NCBI GenBank assembly: GCA_964588435.1 | Contig: CAZPPI010000002.1 | Location: 3,542 to 67,541 of the forward strand | Direction of reading: 5' to 3' | DNA length: 64,000 nucleotides | Origin: an uncultured Gammaproteobacteria bacterium | GTDB lineage: Bacteria; Patescibacteriota; Patescibacteriia; Patescibacteriales; UBA12465 | Shown: one piece after another, positions 1 to 9,668 of the stretch | How positions within the stretch are numbered: position 1 is the first letter of the stretch | Layout: each line of letters opens with the position of its first letter | Notes under the pieces: model-generated | Seen by the model: the letters and a program-made list of their open reading frames with translations, nothing else | Databases searched by the model: none | Told to the model about the DNA's origin: nothing | Program-made: the position numbers and the translations under genes

Positions 1-1076
1 ATTATCCCTGAGTTAAAAGATAAAAGGTCAAGCTCAGTACTTTCTGGAGTAGTCGAGAAACTATTGTTAAAAAATTTAATTTGATTTTTTTCTAACACTA
101 ATTCTAAACGATGTTCTAAATTTTTAAAATTAGCAACCGTCTTTTCGTAAATATTTTTTGATATTTTCAAAGCTTTCGTTACTTCAATGGCGGCGGCAAT
201 ATTTTCTTGATTATAGTCGCCTTTAATTTTTGTTTTTAAGTTGCCGGTCTGGAAATAAATAATTTTTTTATTTGATTTTTTTGAACTTAAAAATTTTTCG
301 TAAGTTTTAAATTTTTCTTTTAGCTTTTGATTAATAATTAATAATTTATTTTCCTTACCAAGAGCAATATTTAATTTGGCTTTAAAATAATCATTTAAAG
401 ATTTATGAAAATTTGGGTTATTTGGGTCAGCTGGAGCGAGATGCTCTTTAAATAAATTAGTAATAACAGAAATTTTTGGAGAAATTTTTAAATCTTCAAG
501 TTGAAAGCTTGATAGTTCTAAAACGACGAAATCATTTGGTTTTATTTTTTCTAAAAAGTTTAAAGGCGAGAGACCAATATTACCTCCGAGCCAAGCTTTT
601 GACTTAGTTTCTTTAGTTCTAACCTTTTTATTTAATTTTTTATTTTTTAAATAGTCAGAAATTATTTTGTGAATTAAAGTTGCAGTTGTCCCTTTGCCTT
701 TAGTTCCGGTAACACCGATTATATTTTTAGTCGGACAAAGTCGGAAAAAAACATCTAAGGCGGAACTTAAATAAGATCCCTTTTTTAAAGCTTCTTGAAC
801 TCCAGGGCAGGCAATTGGCCAACCAGGAGAACGAAATAAAATATCAAATTCAAATAAGTTATGATTAAACTCTTTTTCAAGTTGGTAATTTATTTTTATT
901 TTGGTATCTTTTTGAAATTTAGTTTCTATTTTTGCTAATAGTTCTTTCGGTCTTTTATCACAAATAGTAATTTCTTGACCCCTATTCTCTTTGAGTAAAA
1001 GTTTAAGCAAGGCTTGATTATCAAGACCAAGTCCGAGTAGGGCAATTTTTAAATTTTTAGTTTTTTTAGCAACCAT
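1..1076 (-). CDS. murD: UDP-N-acetylmuramoyl-L-alanine--D-glutamate ligase (3' end runs off window)
   Basis: Not in the ORF track. Hand translation from ATG at 1076 gives MVAKKTKNLKIALLGLGLDN, P-loop IGVTGTKGKGTT, GGNIG, VLELSSFQL, LEHRLE and NNSFSTT. Confidence 0.92.
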   Translation of the reverse strand, partial: MVAKKTKNLKIALLGLGLDNQALLKLLLKENRGQEITICDKRPKELLAKIETKFQKDTKIKINYQLEKEFNHNLFEFDILFRSPGWPIACPGVQEALKKGSYLSSALDVFFRLCPTKNIIGVTGTKGKGTTATLIHKIISDYLKNKKLNKKVRTKETKSKAWLGGNIGLSPLNFLEKIKPNDFVVLELSSFQLEDLKISPKISVITNLFKEHLAPADPNNPNFHKSLNDYFKAKLNIALGKENKLLIINQKLKEKFKTYEKFLSSKKSNKKIIYFQTGNLKTKIKGDYNQENIAAAIEVTKALKISKNIYEKTVANFKNLEHRLELVLEKNQIKFFNNSFSTTPESTELDLLSFNSGI

Positions 1077-1096
1077 TTTTTTTATTTCTTGTTTGA

Positions 1097-3844
1097 TTAT
1101 TTCAAGTCGCCCCAATTTTCCGCCACCCCACCTTCAACTTCAAGCGGAACTTTAAGTTTTAAAACTTCGGTCATTAGGTTTTTTATTTTTGGTAAATAAT
1201 AATCTAGCTTAGTCTTTTTCACTTCAAAAATCAACTCATCGTGAACTTGGAGTAATAAACGAATATTTTCACTATCATTTTTAATTAAATCATAGATATT
1301 AATCATCGCCATTTTTATAATATCAGCCGCTCCTCCTTGAATCGGGGCATTAATTGCAATTCGCTCCGCCGCTTTTTTAATCATGGGAATGGAAGAATTT
1401 ATTTCTGGCAAAGGACGTTTTCTACCAGAAATTGTAATGGTAAAACCTTTTTCTTGAGCTTCGGCAATTGACTTGTCCATCGCTTTTTTAATTCCTGGAT
1501 AAGAGGCAAAATATTTAGCAATAAAATCTTTGGCTTGGTAATAGGGAATATTAGCTGCTTGCGCTAGTCCATGAGGCCCTTGTCCGTAAATTATACCGAA
1601 ATTAGTTGCCTTGGCTTCTTGGCGCATCTTTTTTGTTACCTCATCAAGCTTAACATCATTAATCAAGGCTGCGGTCGATTTATGAATATCTTCTTTATTT
1701 AAAAAAGCACTTAGCATTTTTTTATCGCCTGATAAATGAGCGGCGAGCCTTAGTTCAATTTGCGAATAATCAAGTCCAAGCATCACATAATCTTTAGCGA
1801 CAATAAAAGCTTGGCGAATAATTTTTCCTTCTTCGGTTCGGGCAGGAATATTTTGTAAATTTGGATCGGTTGAAGATAGACGACCGGTGGCAGTAATGGC
1901 TTGATTAAAATGACTATGAATTCTTCCGGTTTTTTTATCAACTAATTTCGGCAGGGGATTAATATAGGTTGTAATTAATTTATTAGTTTCTCGATAATCT
2001 CTTAACTTAGAAATAATTGGGTGGGCTTCAAGTAATTTTTCTAATTCATCATCAGCGGTAGAGAAACCAGTTTTACCTTTCTTTATGCCGACGCTAGATA
2101 TCTTTAATTTTTCAAATAAAACTTCCTTTAGTTGTTTAGTCGAATTTATATTAAAATTTTCGCCAGCTAGTTGGTGAATTTCTTTTTCTAGTTTTTTTAT
2201 TTTCAAATCTAATTTTTTACCCAAAGATTTAATTGGTTTTTCATCAAATAAAACTCCGACGTTTTCCATCTCCCCCAAGACCTCAATTAAAGGTAATTCT
2301 ATTTTATTAAAAACTTCCAATAAGTTTTCTTCTTCAAGTCTTTTATTTAAAACTTTCTTTAGTTGAAAAATAATATCAGTTTCTCGGCCAATTTGTTCGG
2401 AAATTTTTTGAATATCAGGTCCATCAAGTTCTAAACTTAATTGTGTGCTTTTCTGTTCACTTCTAGTTTCTATTTTTTCATCAAGCCCTAGCTCTTTAAA
2501 AGCTAAAGAGCTAATTTCATGATTCCTGGTATTAGGATTTAAAAGATAAGAAGCTAGCATTGTATCAAAATAAAGACCACTTAACTTGATGCCTAGAGTT
2601 TTACAAAATAAGTATTCAGTTTTTAAATCATGACCAATTTTTTTAATTTTTTCGTCTTCAAGAATTTTTTTGAGTTCGTTTATTTCTTCTGTTTTTATAA
2701 AAAAAGCCTCACCTTCTTTTAGCGCCAAACTTAAACCTTGAACTGTTTGTTTTTCTCCGATCTTGGCACTAGCTATTTTTAGACTAAAAACTTTCGATTT
2801 TTCAATATTTTTTATTAAATCCAGGAGCTCGGTTTTCGTTTTTACTATTTTGTTAAGAGTTGCTTTTTTATTGACTTTAACAGAACTGTTAATTTTTTTA
2901 TTGTTTTCAATTTCTTCGCTTGGTTTGAAATCGCCGTCCTTGTTAGTTAATAAATCTTTTAAGGTTTTTACCTTAACAAGTAGGGATCTAAATTCAAATT
3001 CACTAAAGAGTTCAAAAACTTTTTCAGTTTTAAAAGTATTGAAGCGAGTTGTTTCTAAATTAAATTTTATTGGCGCTGATTGATTAATGGTTGCTAGTTC
3101 ACGGCTCATAAAGGCCTTGTCTTTATCAGTCTCTAGAAGTTCAATCGTTCTCTCTTTTAAACCACTTTCTTTTTTTTCAAGCGCCTGATAAATTCCTTCG
3201 AGATTTTCAAACTTCAACAAGAGTTCAGTTGCGCTTTTTTCACCAACGCCTCTTACTCCAGGAATATTATCACTTGGATCGCCGCGCAAAGCTTTATAAT
3301 CAATTATTTTATCCGCTCCGAAACCGTAGCGTTCTTTTATTTTTTCTTCATCATATAAAATACTGTCGGATAGTCCGCGACTCATAGTGTAGACTTTGGT
3401 ATCTTTATTAACTAATTGAAGTGTATCTAAATCTCCAGTGATAATTATTTTTTCCAAATTAGAATTTTCTGTTAGTTTGCAAATTGTTCCAATTAAGTCG
3501 TCTGCTTCAAAACCGCTGAGTTCAAAAACAGGAATGTCAAAGGCTTGAGCGAGACGTTTAATCAATGGAATTTGCTCATATAATTCATTTGGTGCTTTAA
3601 CTCTGGTCGCCTTATATTCGCTATAGGCCTCATGTCTAAAGGTTGGTCCTTTTTTGTCGAGAGTCAAAACAACATAATCAGGTCTAAATTCAGTTAAAGC
3701 TTTTAACATAAAAGAAGAAAAGCCATAAACGGCATTAACCAAAAGACCTCCTTTAGTCCTTAAAGTAGGTGGAATTGCGTGGAAACTTCTATGAATTAAG
3801 GCGTTTCCATCGATTATTATGAGTTTTTTCTTGTTTTTAGACAT
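1097..3844 (-). CDS. polA: DNA polymerase I
   Basis: 5'-3' exonuclease motifs (IDGNAL, EADD, GDPSDNIPGV) and polymerase motifs (DYSQIELR, QVHDEL). The 3'-5' exonuclease acidic motif looks degenerate. Confidence 0.98.
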   Translation of the reverse strand: MSKNKKKLIIIDGNALIHRSFHAIPPTLRTKGGLLVNAVYGFSSFMLKALTEFRPDYVVLTLDKKGPTFRHEAYSEYKATRVKAPNELYEQIPLIKRLAQAFDIPVFELSGFEADDLIGTICKLTENSNLEKIIITGDLDTLQLVNKDTKVYTMSRGLSDSILYDEEKIKERYGFGADKIIDYKALRGDPSDNIPGVRGVGEKSATELLLKFENLEGIYQALEKKESGLKERTIELLETDKDKAFMSRELATINQSAPIKFNLETTRFNTFKTEKVFELFSEFEFRSLLVKVKTLKDLLTNKDGDFKPSEEIENNKKINSSVKVNKKATLNKIVKTKTELLDLIKNIEKSKVFSLKIASAKIGEKQTVQGLSLALKEGEAFFIKTEEINELKKILEDEKIKKIGHDLKTEYLFCKTLGIKLSGLYFDTMLASYLLNPNTRNHEISSLAFKELGLDEKIETRSEQKSTQLSLELDGPDIQKISEQIGRETDIIFQLKKVLNKRLEEENLLEVFNKIELPLIEVLGEMENVGVLFDEKPIKSLGKKLDLKIKKLEKEIHQLAGENFNINSTKQLKEVLFEKLKISSVGIKKGKTGFSTADDELEKLLEAHPIISKLRDYRETNKLITTYINPLPKLVDKKTGRIHSHFNQAITATGRLSSTDPNLQNIPARTEEGKIIRQAFIVAKDYVMLGLDYSQIELRLAAHLSGDKKMLSAFLNKEDIHKSTAALINDVKLDEVTKKMRQEAKATNFGIIYGQGPHGLAQAANIPYYQAKDFIAKYFASYPGIKKAMDKSIAEAQEKGFTITISGRKRPLPEINSSIPMIKKAAERIAINAPIQGGAADIIKMAMINIYDLIKNDSENIRLLLQVHDELIFEVKKTKLDYYLPKIKNLMTEVLKLKVPLEVEGGVAENWGDLK

Positions 3845-3850
3845 ACCTTA

Positions 3851-3879
3851 ATTATATATAGAAAAGCCTAGTTTGGCAA
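3851..3879 (-). promoter_or_regulatory. sigma70-type promoter of polA (probably leaderless transcript)
   Basis: TTGCCA-N17-TATAAT on the minus strand, ending 6 nt before the ATG at 3844. Confidence 0.7.
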
Positions 3880-3882
3880 AGT

Positions 3883-3912
3883 AAAAAAGGCCCCCTGAAA
3901 TATAGGCCTTTT
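3883..3912 (-). terminator. intrinsic terminator-like hairpin
   Basis: AAAAGGCC...GGCCTTTT inverted repeat with a T-run on the minus strand. Confidence 0.5.
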
Positions 3913-3989
3913 AGCTTACGATTTTTTAGAATGTCGTTTTTTTTGTTTCAACTGATTTTTTTTCCATACGCATTAGTTTTTGATTTTTA

Positions 3990-4021
3990 AACAAAAATCA
4001 CCCAAATAAATTTGGGTGATT
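3990..4021 (-). terminator. intrinsic terminator downstream of tRNA-Ala
   Basis: AATCACCCAAAT/ATTTGGGTGATT perfect inverted repeat followed by T-rich sequence on the minus strand. Confidence 0.75.
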
Positions 4022-4030
4022 GTTTGTTAG

Positions 4031-4104
4031 TGGACCCCAAGGGATTCGAACCCTTGACCCCCTGCTTGCAAAGCAGGTGCTCTAACCAGCTGAGCTAGGG
4101 GCCC
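4031..4104 (-). tRNA. tRNA-Ala(TGC)
   Basis: GGGCCCCTAGCTCAGCTGGTTAGAGCACCTGCTTTGCAAGCAGGGGGTCAAGGGTTCGAATCCCTTGGGGTCCA. TGC anticodon and G3:U70 Ala identity pair; CCA is not encoded. Confidence 0.97.
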
Positions 4105-4141
4105 AAAAATAATTTGAGCACGCGCCTTCTCACTGTTAAAA

Positions 4142-4170
4142 ATATTAAATTAAGTCTAAGATAAAGTCAA
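4142..4170 (-). promoter_or_regulatory. sigma70-type promoter of tRNA-Ala
   Basis: TTGACT-N17-TAATAT on the minus strand. Confidence 0.65.
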
Positions 4171-4178
4171 GTTTATAA

Positions 4179-4424
4179 TTAATTATATTTTAATAATGGT
4201 CCTAAAAGCCAGCTCATGAAATTATTACCGCTTCCAGTAATAAAAATTATTCCTAAAAATAAAAAAACAAAACCAATTAATTTATAGCCGAGTCTTGAGC
4301 CACCAGATGATCCGAACTTGTCTTCAAACCAATTGATACTACCAAAATTATTTAAAAACCATTCGGTCTTGACTGCTAGTAATGCTCCGATGCCTAACAT
4401 TACTAACCCTAATGCTATATTCAT
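4179..4424 (-). CDS. small two-TM membrane protein, unknown function
   Basis: 81 aa with two hydrophobic segments; tightly follows the LysM/M23 gene. Confidence 0.75.
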   Translation of the reverse strand: MNIALGLVMLGIGALLAVKTEWFLNNFGSINWFEDKFGSSGGSRLGYKLIGFVFLFLGIIFITGSGNNFMSWLLGPLLKYN

Positions 4425-4451
4425 ATTTTTTAAATATTATTTAAGATAATT

Positions 4452-5702
4452 TTATTTTATATAATTTAAAGGATTATATCTAGTCCCATTAATTACAACT
4501 TCAAAGTGAAGATGCGGTCCAGTTGAACGACCAGTTGAGCCCATGGTTCCTATATTTTCACCTTTTTCTACGCTATCACCAACTTTAACATATAAAACTG
4601 ATAAATGACCATATCTAGTTTTTTTACCGTCACCGTGATTTATTAAAATCGTATTGCCATAACCACCATTCCAGCCAGTTGCAGCAATCTCAATTTTACC
4701 TGCTTCAGCGGCATAGATTGCAGTACCAGTTTTATTTCCAATATCAAGCCCATTATGAGCCCAGGAGAAATATTGAGTAATTCTTTTACCCTCAGTTGGC
4801 CAAACCATATCATCACCACTAGCCTGAACAACCGGAGCTTTAACTAAATCTTTAATTACAGAGACCCCGGTATAAGATGAGGCGGCTGAGGTTCTTGAGA
4901 CGACAGTTACTATCTTAGTTGCCCCTGGTAAAATTAATTTTTGTCCAATTTTTAAAGAAGCATCAACTGCGATGTTATTATGGGTTGCAATATCTTCATT
5001 TTCAATTTTATAAGTATTGGCAATTTTTGATAAGTTGTCACCGGATTTAACACTATAAAGTAAACCACTAAAAGGTAAAATGCTTAAAGTATCTCCGGGG
5101 TGAATTAAACTATAATTTCCAAGGTTGTTTGCCCATAAAATAGTATTAACTGAAATTCCAAAGCGGCTAGCAATTGAAGAAACAGTATCACCTAATTGTA
5201 CAACGTAATCAATTATTTCGGTTCTAACTTGAGTGCTAGTATTATCAATTTTGTTGCTGAAATTTTGTGGTTTTAAAATTAAATCACTTGATTCGTTAAG
5301 AGTTAATAATGAGGACTGAGTTTCGTTAGCATTTTCTGTTTTAAATATTTCGTCTTTATTAACGATACTTTCTTCTTCCTCTAATTTTTGTTTGGCGTCG
5401 GCTAAAATAGCAGGGTTTAATAATTCCTTTACTAAAACCTCTTCTATATTAGTATCAAAGTCAGAAAGAATTAAAGCTGCGGCAGTAGTTTTTGAAAGTT
5501 TAGCATTAGCTTCTTTTATTCCTTGATTAGGGAGAAAATTTGAAGCTGTTAAGATAAATAAAAAAATTAAAATAGCGCTGCCAGTCATTTCTTTTGATAA
5601 AATTTTTTTTAAAGGCATGCCAGCCAATTCATTTTTTTTAAAACGAAAAATTTTAAAATAGATTGCGATTAATAAATCGTAAAATAAAACGCGAATGAGC
5701 AA
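4452..5702 (-). CDS. LysM-domain M23 family peptidoglycan endopeptidase
   Basis: Two LysM repeats (YVVQLGDTVSSIA, YSVKSGDNLSKIA), M23 motifs HNGLD and STGPHLHFEV, and an N-terminal TM. The true start may be upstream (~5831). Confidence 0.93.
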   Translation of the reverse strand: MLIRVLFYDLLIAIYFKIFRFKKNELAGMPLKKILSKEMTGSAILIFLFILTASNFLPNQGIKEANAKLSKTTAAALILSDFDTNIEEVLVKELLNPAILADAKQKLEEEESIVNKDEIFKTENANETQSSLLTLNESSDLILKPQNFSNKIDNTSTQVRTEIIDYVVQLGDTVSSIASRFGISVNTILWANNLGNYSLIHPGDTLSILPFSGLLYSVKSGDNLSKIANTYKIENEDIATHNNIAVDASLKIGQKLILPGATKIVTVVSRTSAASSYTGVSVIKDLVKAPVVQASGDDMVWPTEGKRITQYFSWAHNGLDIGNKTGTAIYAAEAGKIEIAATGWNGGYGNTILINHGDGKKTRYGHLSVLYVKVGDSVEKGENIGTMGSTGRSTGPHLHFEVVINGTRYNPLNYIK

Positions 5703-5855
5703 GCGAAAAAATATAAGTATTACTCTTATTATTGCTGAGATTATTTTAGCAAAAAAACGAACGATTTTTATTATCGTTAGGGCTGTTTCTATAAAAAATT
5801 TTTTTATTTTTAGGTTTAATTTCTGTTTGATATGTTTTTCCCTTTTAAATAATTT

Positions 5856-6794
5856 TTAATCCACTATTACAGAGAAAGGCTTTTCTGATTTATAAGCCTT
5901 AGCGCCATTAGCACAATAATTCTTTATATTATTTTTAAAATAAGGTGGTTTAGTTGCCTGGATTTTACCAATAATAAAGTAGCTAAGTGCCATAATTAAA
6001 GCAGCTCCATTTTCTGGTTTTATTTTTATTTCCCAGCGTTGTTTTTTTTCACCAAAAAATTTATTTTCACCAAAGCTAATTATTAATTCTTTTTCCCAGG
6101 GAATAACAAATTTAGCATGGCGAGCTTCACCTTGGCTAAAGGCCCTAATTGATAGACGAGGACCAAAAAGTTCGTGTTTTTTTATCTCTAACATGGGAGC
6201 AATGTCGGTAAACTCATCAGGTAGGATGAAACTATAGGCTTTATAATTAACAAAATCTTTAGGAAAAGGCAAGTTTTTTAGTGTTGCTAGAATTTTCTTA
6301 GGTTCCGCATTTTCTGCACCCAAAATCATTCCTAAGTAAGTTGAAACATTATAAGTATAAGGTTCTCTTAATTTCTTGAAAATAAAAACCTTGTCGGCTA
6401 TTTTAGTAGCACTTGAATTAGGAGCACAACTAAAAAGTATGGTTTTTAAACCAAGCTTTTTAGCCAACTCTATTTCCCAGATAGAATCTTTTTCGCCAGA
6501 AGCAGAGATAATTAAAGCTTCTTTTATAAATTTTTTAGAAATTAGAGCTTGATATTCTTTGAGGATCCTCTTAAAATTACTTTCATTTGCAAAAATAGCC
6601 GCTTGATTTCTAAAAATAACTCGACCAGCATTATAAGCATTGCCACTGCCGACAATTATTGGCATGGCCTCAAAGAGCTTATCTGGAAAGCCAGGTTTTT
6701 CTTTAGTAAAAAAATTTAAAGCCGCTAAAACACTTTCATCTAAATTTTGAAGTTTTTCTTGTTTGGGTTTAGACTTGTTTATGAATTTTTCCAT
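5856..6794 (-). CDS. SIS-domain (sugar isomerase-like) protein
   Basis: VGSGNAY and ISASGE motifs typical of the SIS fold. Start moved to MEKFINK at 6794. Confidence 0.65.
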   Translation of the reverse strand: MEKFINKSKPKQEKLQNLDESVLAALNFFTKEKPGFPDKLFEAMPIIVGSGNAYNAGRVIFRNQAAIFANESNFKRILKEYQALISKKFIKEALIISASGEKDSIWEIELAKKLGLKTILFSCAPNSSATKIADKVFIFKKLREPYTYNVSTYLGMILGAENAEPKKILATLKNLPFPKDFVNYKAYSFILPDEFTDIAPMLEIKKHELFGPRLSIRAFSQGEARHAKFVIPWEKELIISFGENKFFGEKKQRWEIKIKPENGAALIMALSYFIIGKIQATKPPYFKNNIKNYCANGAKAYKSEKPFSVIVD

Positions 6795-6873
6795 ATTATT
6801 ATACAATAAAACTATAATCGCTAAATTAGCGATATTTAAATATAGTTTAGCATATATTTTATTATAATTCATC

Positions 6874-6902
6874 TTGATTTTTATTTCAATTTAGGTTATA
6901 AT
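6874..6902 (+). promoter_or_regulatory. sigma70-type promoter of the yebC-ruvC-glgA operon
   Basis: TTGATT-N17-TATAAT. Confidence 0.65.
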
Positions 6903-6983
6903 TAAAATTACAAAAACTCCAAACTTAAATGAAAAAAATCTTGGAGTTTATTTTGTTGTTTTTTTAATGTAATATTTTTAAAT

Positions 6984-7703
6984 ATGTCGGGACATTCAAA
7001 ATGGGCGACTACGTATCGCCAAAAGGCTATAATTGATGCTAAAAAAGGAGCAATTTTTACTAAATTTGCTAATTTAATAACTATTTCCGCTAAAAAGGGC
7101 GGTGATCCTGAGGTCAATCCCGCTTTAAGAGCGGCAATTGATAGGGCTAAGAGCCTTAGTATGCCTAAAGATAATATTGAACGTGCGATAAAGCGGGGAA
7201 CAGGAGAGTTGGCTGGTGATCAAATCGAAGAATTATATTACGAAGGTTTAATTCCACCTAATATTCAAATTATTGTTAAGTGTGTTACTGATAATAAGAA
7301 TCGAAGTGGAGCAAGTGTTCGTCATATTTTTACTAAAAATGGTGGAGCTTTTGGGGCTGTTTTATGGAATTTTGAACAAAAAGGAGTTATTCAAATAGAT
7401 GCAGAAGATTTTAAAGTAAGCGGTCTTAATCTTGAAAAATTAGAACTTGAATTGATTGATGTTGGTATTATTGACTTTATTAGAGAAGATAGGGGTTTTG
7501 TAATTCAAACTGAGCTTGGTGATTTACAAAAGATAAAGGAACTACTCGAAACTAAAAACTTGAAAATTGAGTCAGCTGAAATTGAATATGTTGCTAAAGA
7601 GCAAATAGCCATTAATAAGGAAACAACAGAAAAGCTTGATAAAATTTTTTCTGAATTAGAAGATAATGAAGATGTAAGTGATTACTATACTAATGTAAGT
7701 TAA
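6984..7703 (+). CDS. yebC: YebC/PmpR family protein
   Basis: MSGHSKW N-terminus, NPALR, MPKDNIERAIKR, TDNKNR; adjacent to ruvC. Confidence 0.96.
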   Translation: MSGHSKWATTYRQKAIIDAKKGAIFTKFANLITISAKKGGDPEVNPALRAAIDRAKSLSMPKDNIERAIKRGTGELAGDQIEELYYEGLIPPNIQIIVKCVTDNKNRSGASVRHIFTKNGGAFGAVLWNFEQKGVIQIDAEDFKVSGLNLEKLELELIDVGIIDFIREDRGFVIQTELGDLQKIKELLETKNLKIESAEIEYVAKEQIAINKETTEKLDKIFSELEDNEDVSDYYTNVS

Positions 7704-7711
7704 GATAATTT

Positions 7712-8185
7712 ATGGTTAGAATAATTTTAGGACTTGATCCCGGGATTGCTGATACTGGTTATGGGATAATAAGTTGTGAAAAAGGTAAGCTTTCTTGCTT
7801 AGCTTATGGTTCAATTAAGACGGAAATTAAAAAAGATTTATCTGAACGCTTGGAGATATTAGATTTTGAACTTAAAAAGTTAATTAAAAAATATCAACCA
7901 GAGCTTGTTGCCGTTGAACAGTTATTTTTTAATAAAAATGTTAAAACTGCCTTGATTGTTGGTCAGGCAAGAGGAGTTTTACTTTTAAGAATTAAAAAAA
8001 GTGGACTTAGAATGTTAGAATTTACTCCAGGACAAGTAAAACAGGCGGTAGCTACTTATGGTCGCGCTTCTAAAGTTCAAGTGCAAAAAATGGTAAAAAT
8101 AATTTTAGGTTTAAAGAGTCTACCTCAACCAGATGATGCTGCCGATGCTTTAGCAATTGCTATTTGCTCTTCGAGCTTTAAATAA
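7712..8185 (+). CDS. ruvC: Holliday junction resolvase
   Basis: ILGLDPG, EQLFF, GQARGV, DDAADALAIA. Confidence 0.97.
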   Translation: MVRIILGLDPGIADTGYGIISCEKGKLSCLAYGSIKTEIKKDLSERLEILDFELKKLIKKYQPELVAVEQLFFNKNVKTALIVGQARGVLLLRIKKSGLRMLEFTPGQVKQAVATYGRASKVQVQKMVKIILGLKSLPQPDDAADALAIAICSSSFK

Positions 8186-8189
8186 ATTT

Positions 8190-9650
8190 ATGGCAAAAAA
8201 ATTGAAAATTGTCCATATTGTCTCAGAGGTCGCACCTTTTTCTAAGACTGGTGGTCTTGGTGATGTATCAAGAAGTTTACCTAAGGCACTTAGACGTTTG
8301 GGTCAGGAAGTTATGATTATTACCCCACTTTATGGCAAAATAATTGATAAAAAAACTTACAAACTTAAAATGCTTTTTAAGGGAGTTGATTTAAAAATTA
8401 ATAGTCAAGAAAGTGTTAAGGTTAATTATTGGCGTGGATATTTAATGGACGATTTGCCTGTTTATTTTGTTGAGTGTTCAAAGTTTTTTTCTAAATATAA
8501 AAAACTTTATGGCTCAAAAAATGAGAATGCAAAATTTTTAGTTTTTTCCGTTGCTGCTTTGAAATTATTATCAATTTTAAAATTTTCTGCCGACATTATT
8601 CATTGTCATGATTGGCAAACAGGTCTTATTCCTTATTATTTGAAAACAGATTTTCGTTATTCTAAAACTTTAAAAAATGCTAAAAGCGTTTTTACTATTC
8701 ATAATTTGATTTTCCAATTAGGACATAATTGGTGGGAAATACCTTTAGAAAAAAAAGATTATGGGAGGACAAGAGTTCCTCATCTTAGTGATCCTGGTTT
8801 AGAAAACATAAATTTTGCTAAACGAGCTATTCTTTCGGCTGATATTGTTAATACAGTTTCCGAGCAATATCGTTCAGAAATTATGACAAAAAAGTTTGGT
8901 CAAGATCTTCATCGAATTTTAAAAAATCGTGAAGCCAAACTTTTTGGAATTATTAATGGCATTGATTATAATACTTATAACCCAGAAAAGGATCCTGGGT
9001 TATATCGTCAATATTCTTTTTTAAATCATAAGGAAGCAAAACAAGATAATAAACTTTTCTTACAAAAAAAAGTTGGTTTACCGGAAAATATTAAAATACC
9101 AATTTTTTGTACTACTTCGCGGGTAACTTTTCAAAAAGGTTTTAATTTAATTTTGAAAATTTTGGAAAGTATTATCAAGCTTGATTTACAAATTATTTTT
9201 ATGGGAGATGGTAACCAAGAATATATTAAGCCAATAAAAAAATTACAAAAAAAATATCCGAAAAATATTGTTTGGTTACCTTTTTGTCAAAAATGGGAAA
9301 CCTTGCTTTATGCTGGTAGTGATTTTTTTCTTTTACCTTCTAATCATGAGCCTTGTGGAATTAACCAATTAATTGCTATGCGTTATGGTTGCATTCCGAT
9401 TGTTCGAGAAATTGGTGGTCTTTATGATACGGTTGAAAATTATAATCCAACTACTAAGAAAGGGAATGGTTTTACTTTTAAAACTGAAGAGGCTAACACT
9501 TTCTTTACAGCGATTGTTAGAGCCTTAGAAAACTATAAGTATAAAAAATCTTTTGAAAAACTTGTTAAAACAGCGATGAAAGAATCAAATAGTTGGGAAA
9601 TTCCCGCCAAGAAATATTTAGAACTTTATTATCAAGCACTTGAAGGTTAA
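8190..9650 (+). CDS. glgA: glycogen synthase (GT5)
   Basis: KTGGLGDV, HCHDWQT, TIHNL, EPCGINQL. Start moved to MAKK at 8190. Confidence 0.95.
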   Translation: MAKKLKIVHIVSEVAPFSKTGGLGDVSRSLPKALRRLGQEVMIITPLYGKIIDKKTYKLKMLFKGVDLKINSQESVKVNYWRGYLMDDLPVYFVECSKFFSKYKKLYGSKNENAKFLVFSVAALKLLSILKFSADIIHCHDWQTGLIPYYLKTDFRYSKTLKNAKSVFTIHNLIFQLGHNWWEIPLEKKDYGRTRVPHLSDPGLENINFAKRAILSADIVNTVSEQYRSEIMTKKFGQDLHRILKNREAKLFGIINGIDYNTYNPEKDPGLYRQYSFLNHKEAKQDNKLFLQKKVGLPENIKIPIFCTTSRVTFQKGFNLILKILESIIKLDLQIIFMGDGNQEYIKPIKKLQKKYPKNIVWLPFCQKWETLLYAGSDFFLLPSNHEPCGINQLIAMRYGCIPIVREIGGLYDTVENYNPTTKKGNGFTFKTEEANTFFTAIVRALENYKYKKSFEKLVKTAMKESNSWEIPAKKYLELYYQALEG

Positions 9651-9668
9651 ATTTTTAATTAAAGTTTT

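Noticed and set aside
2763-3083. 106-aa plus-strand ORF, and the similar short ORFs antisense to or nested in long genes (e.g. 6908, 14314, 16197, 20051, 32600, 36338, 43087, 52715, 62929)
   Set aside because: They lie within or largely overlap well-supported genes and have no motifs; shadow ORFs.
3926-3973. 15-codon minus-strand ORF MRMEKKSVETKKTTF before a hairpin
   Set aside because: Too short, lies downstream of the tRNA terminator, and has no clear promoter; chance occurrence is likely.
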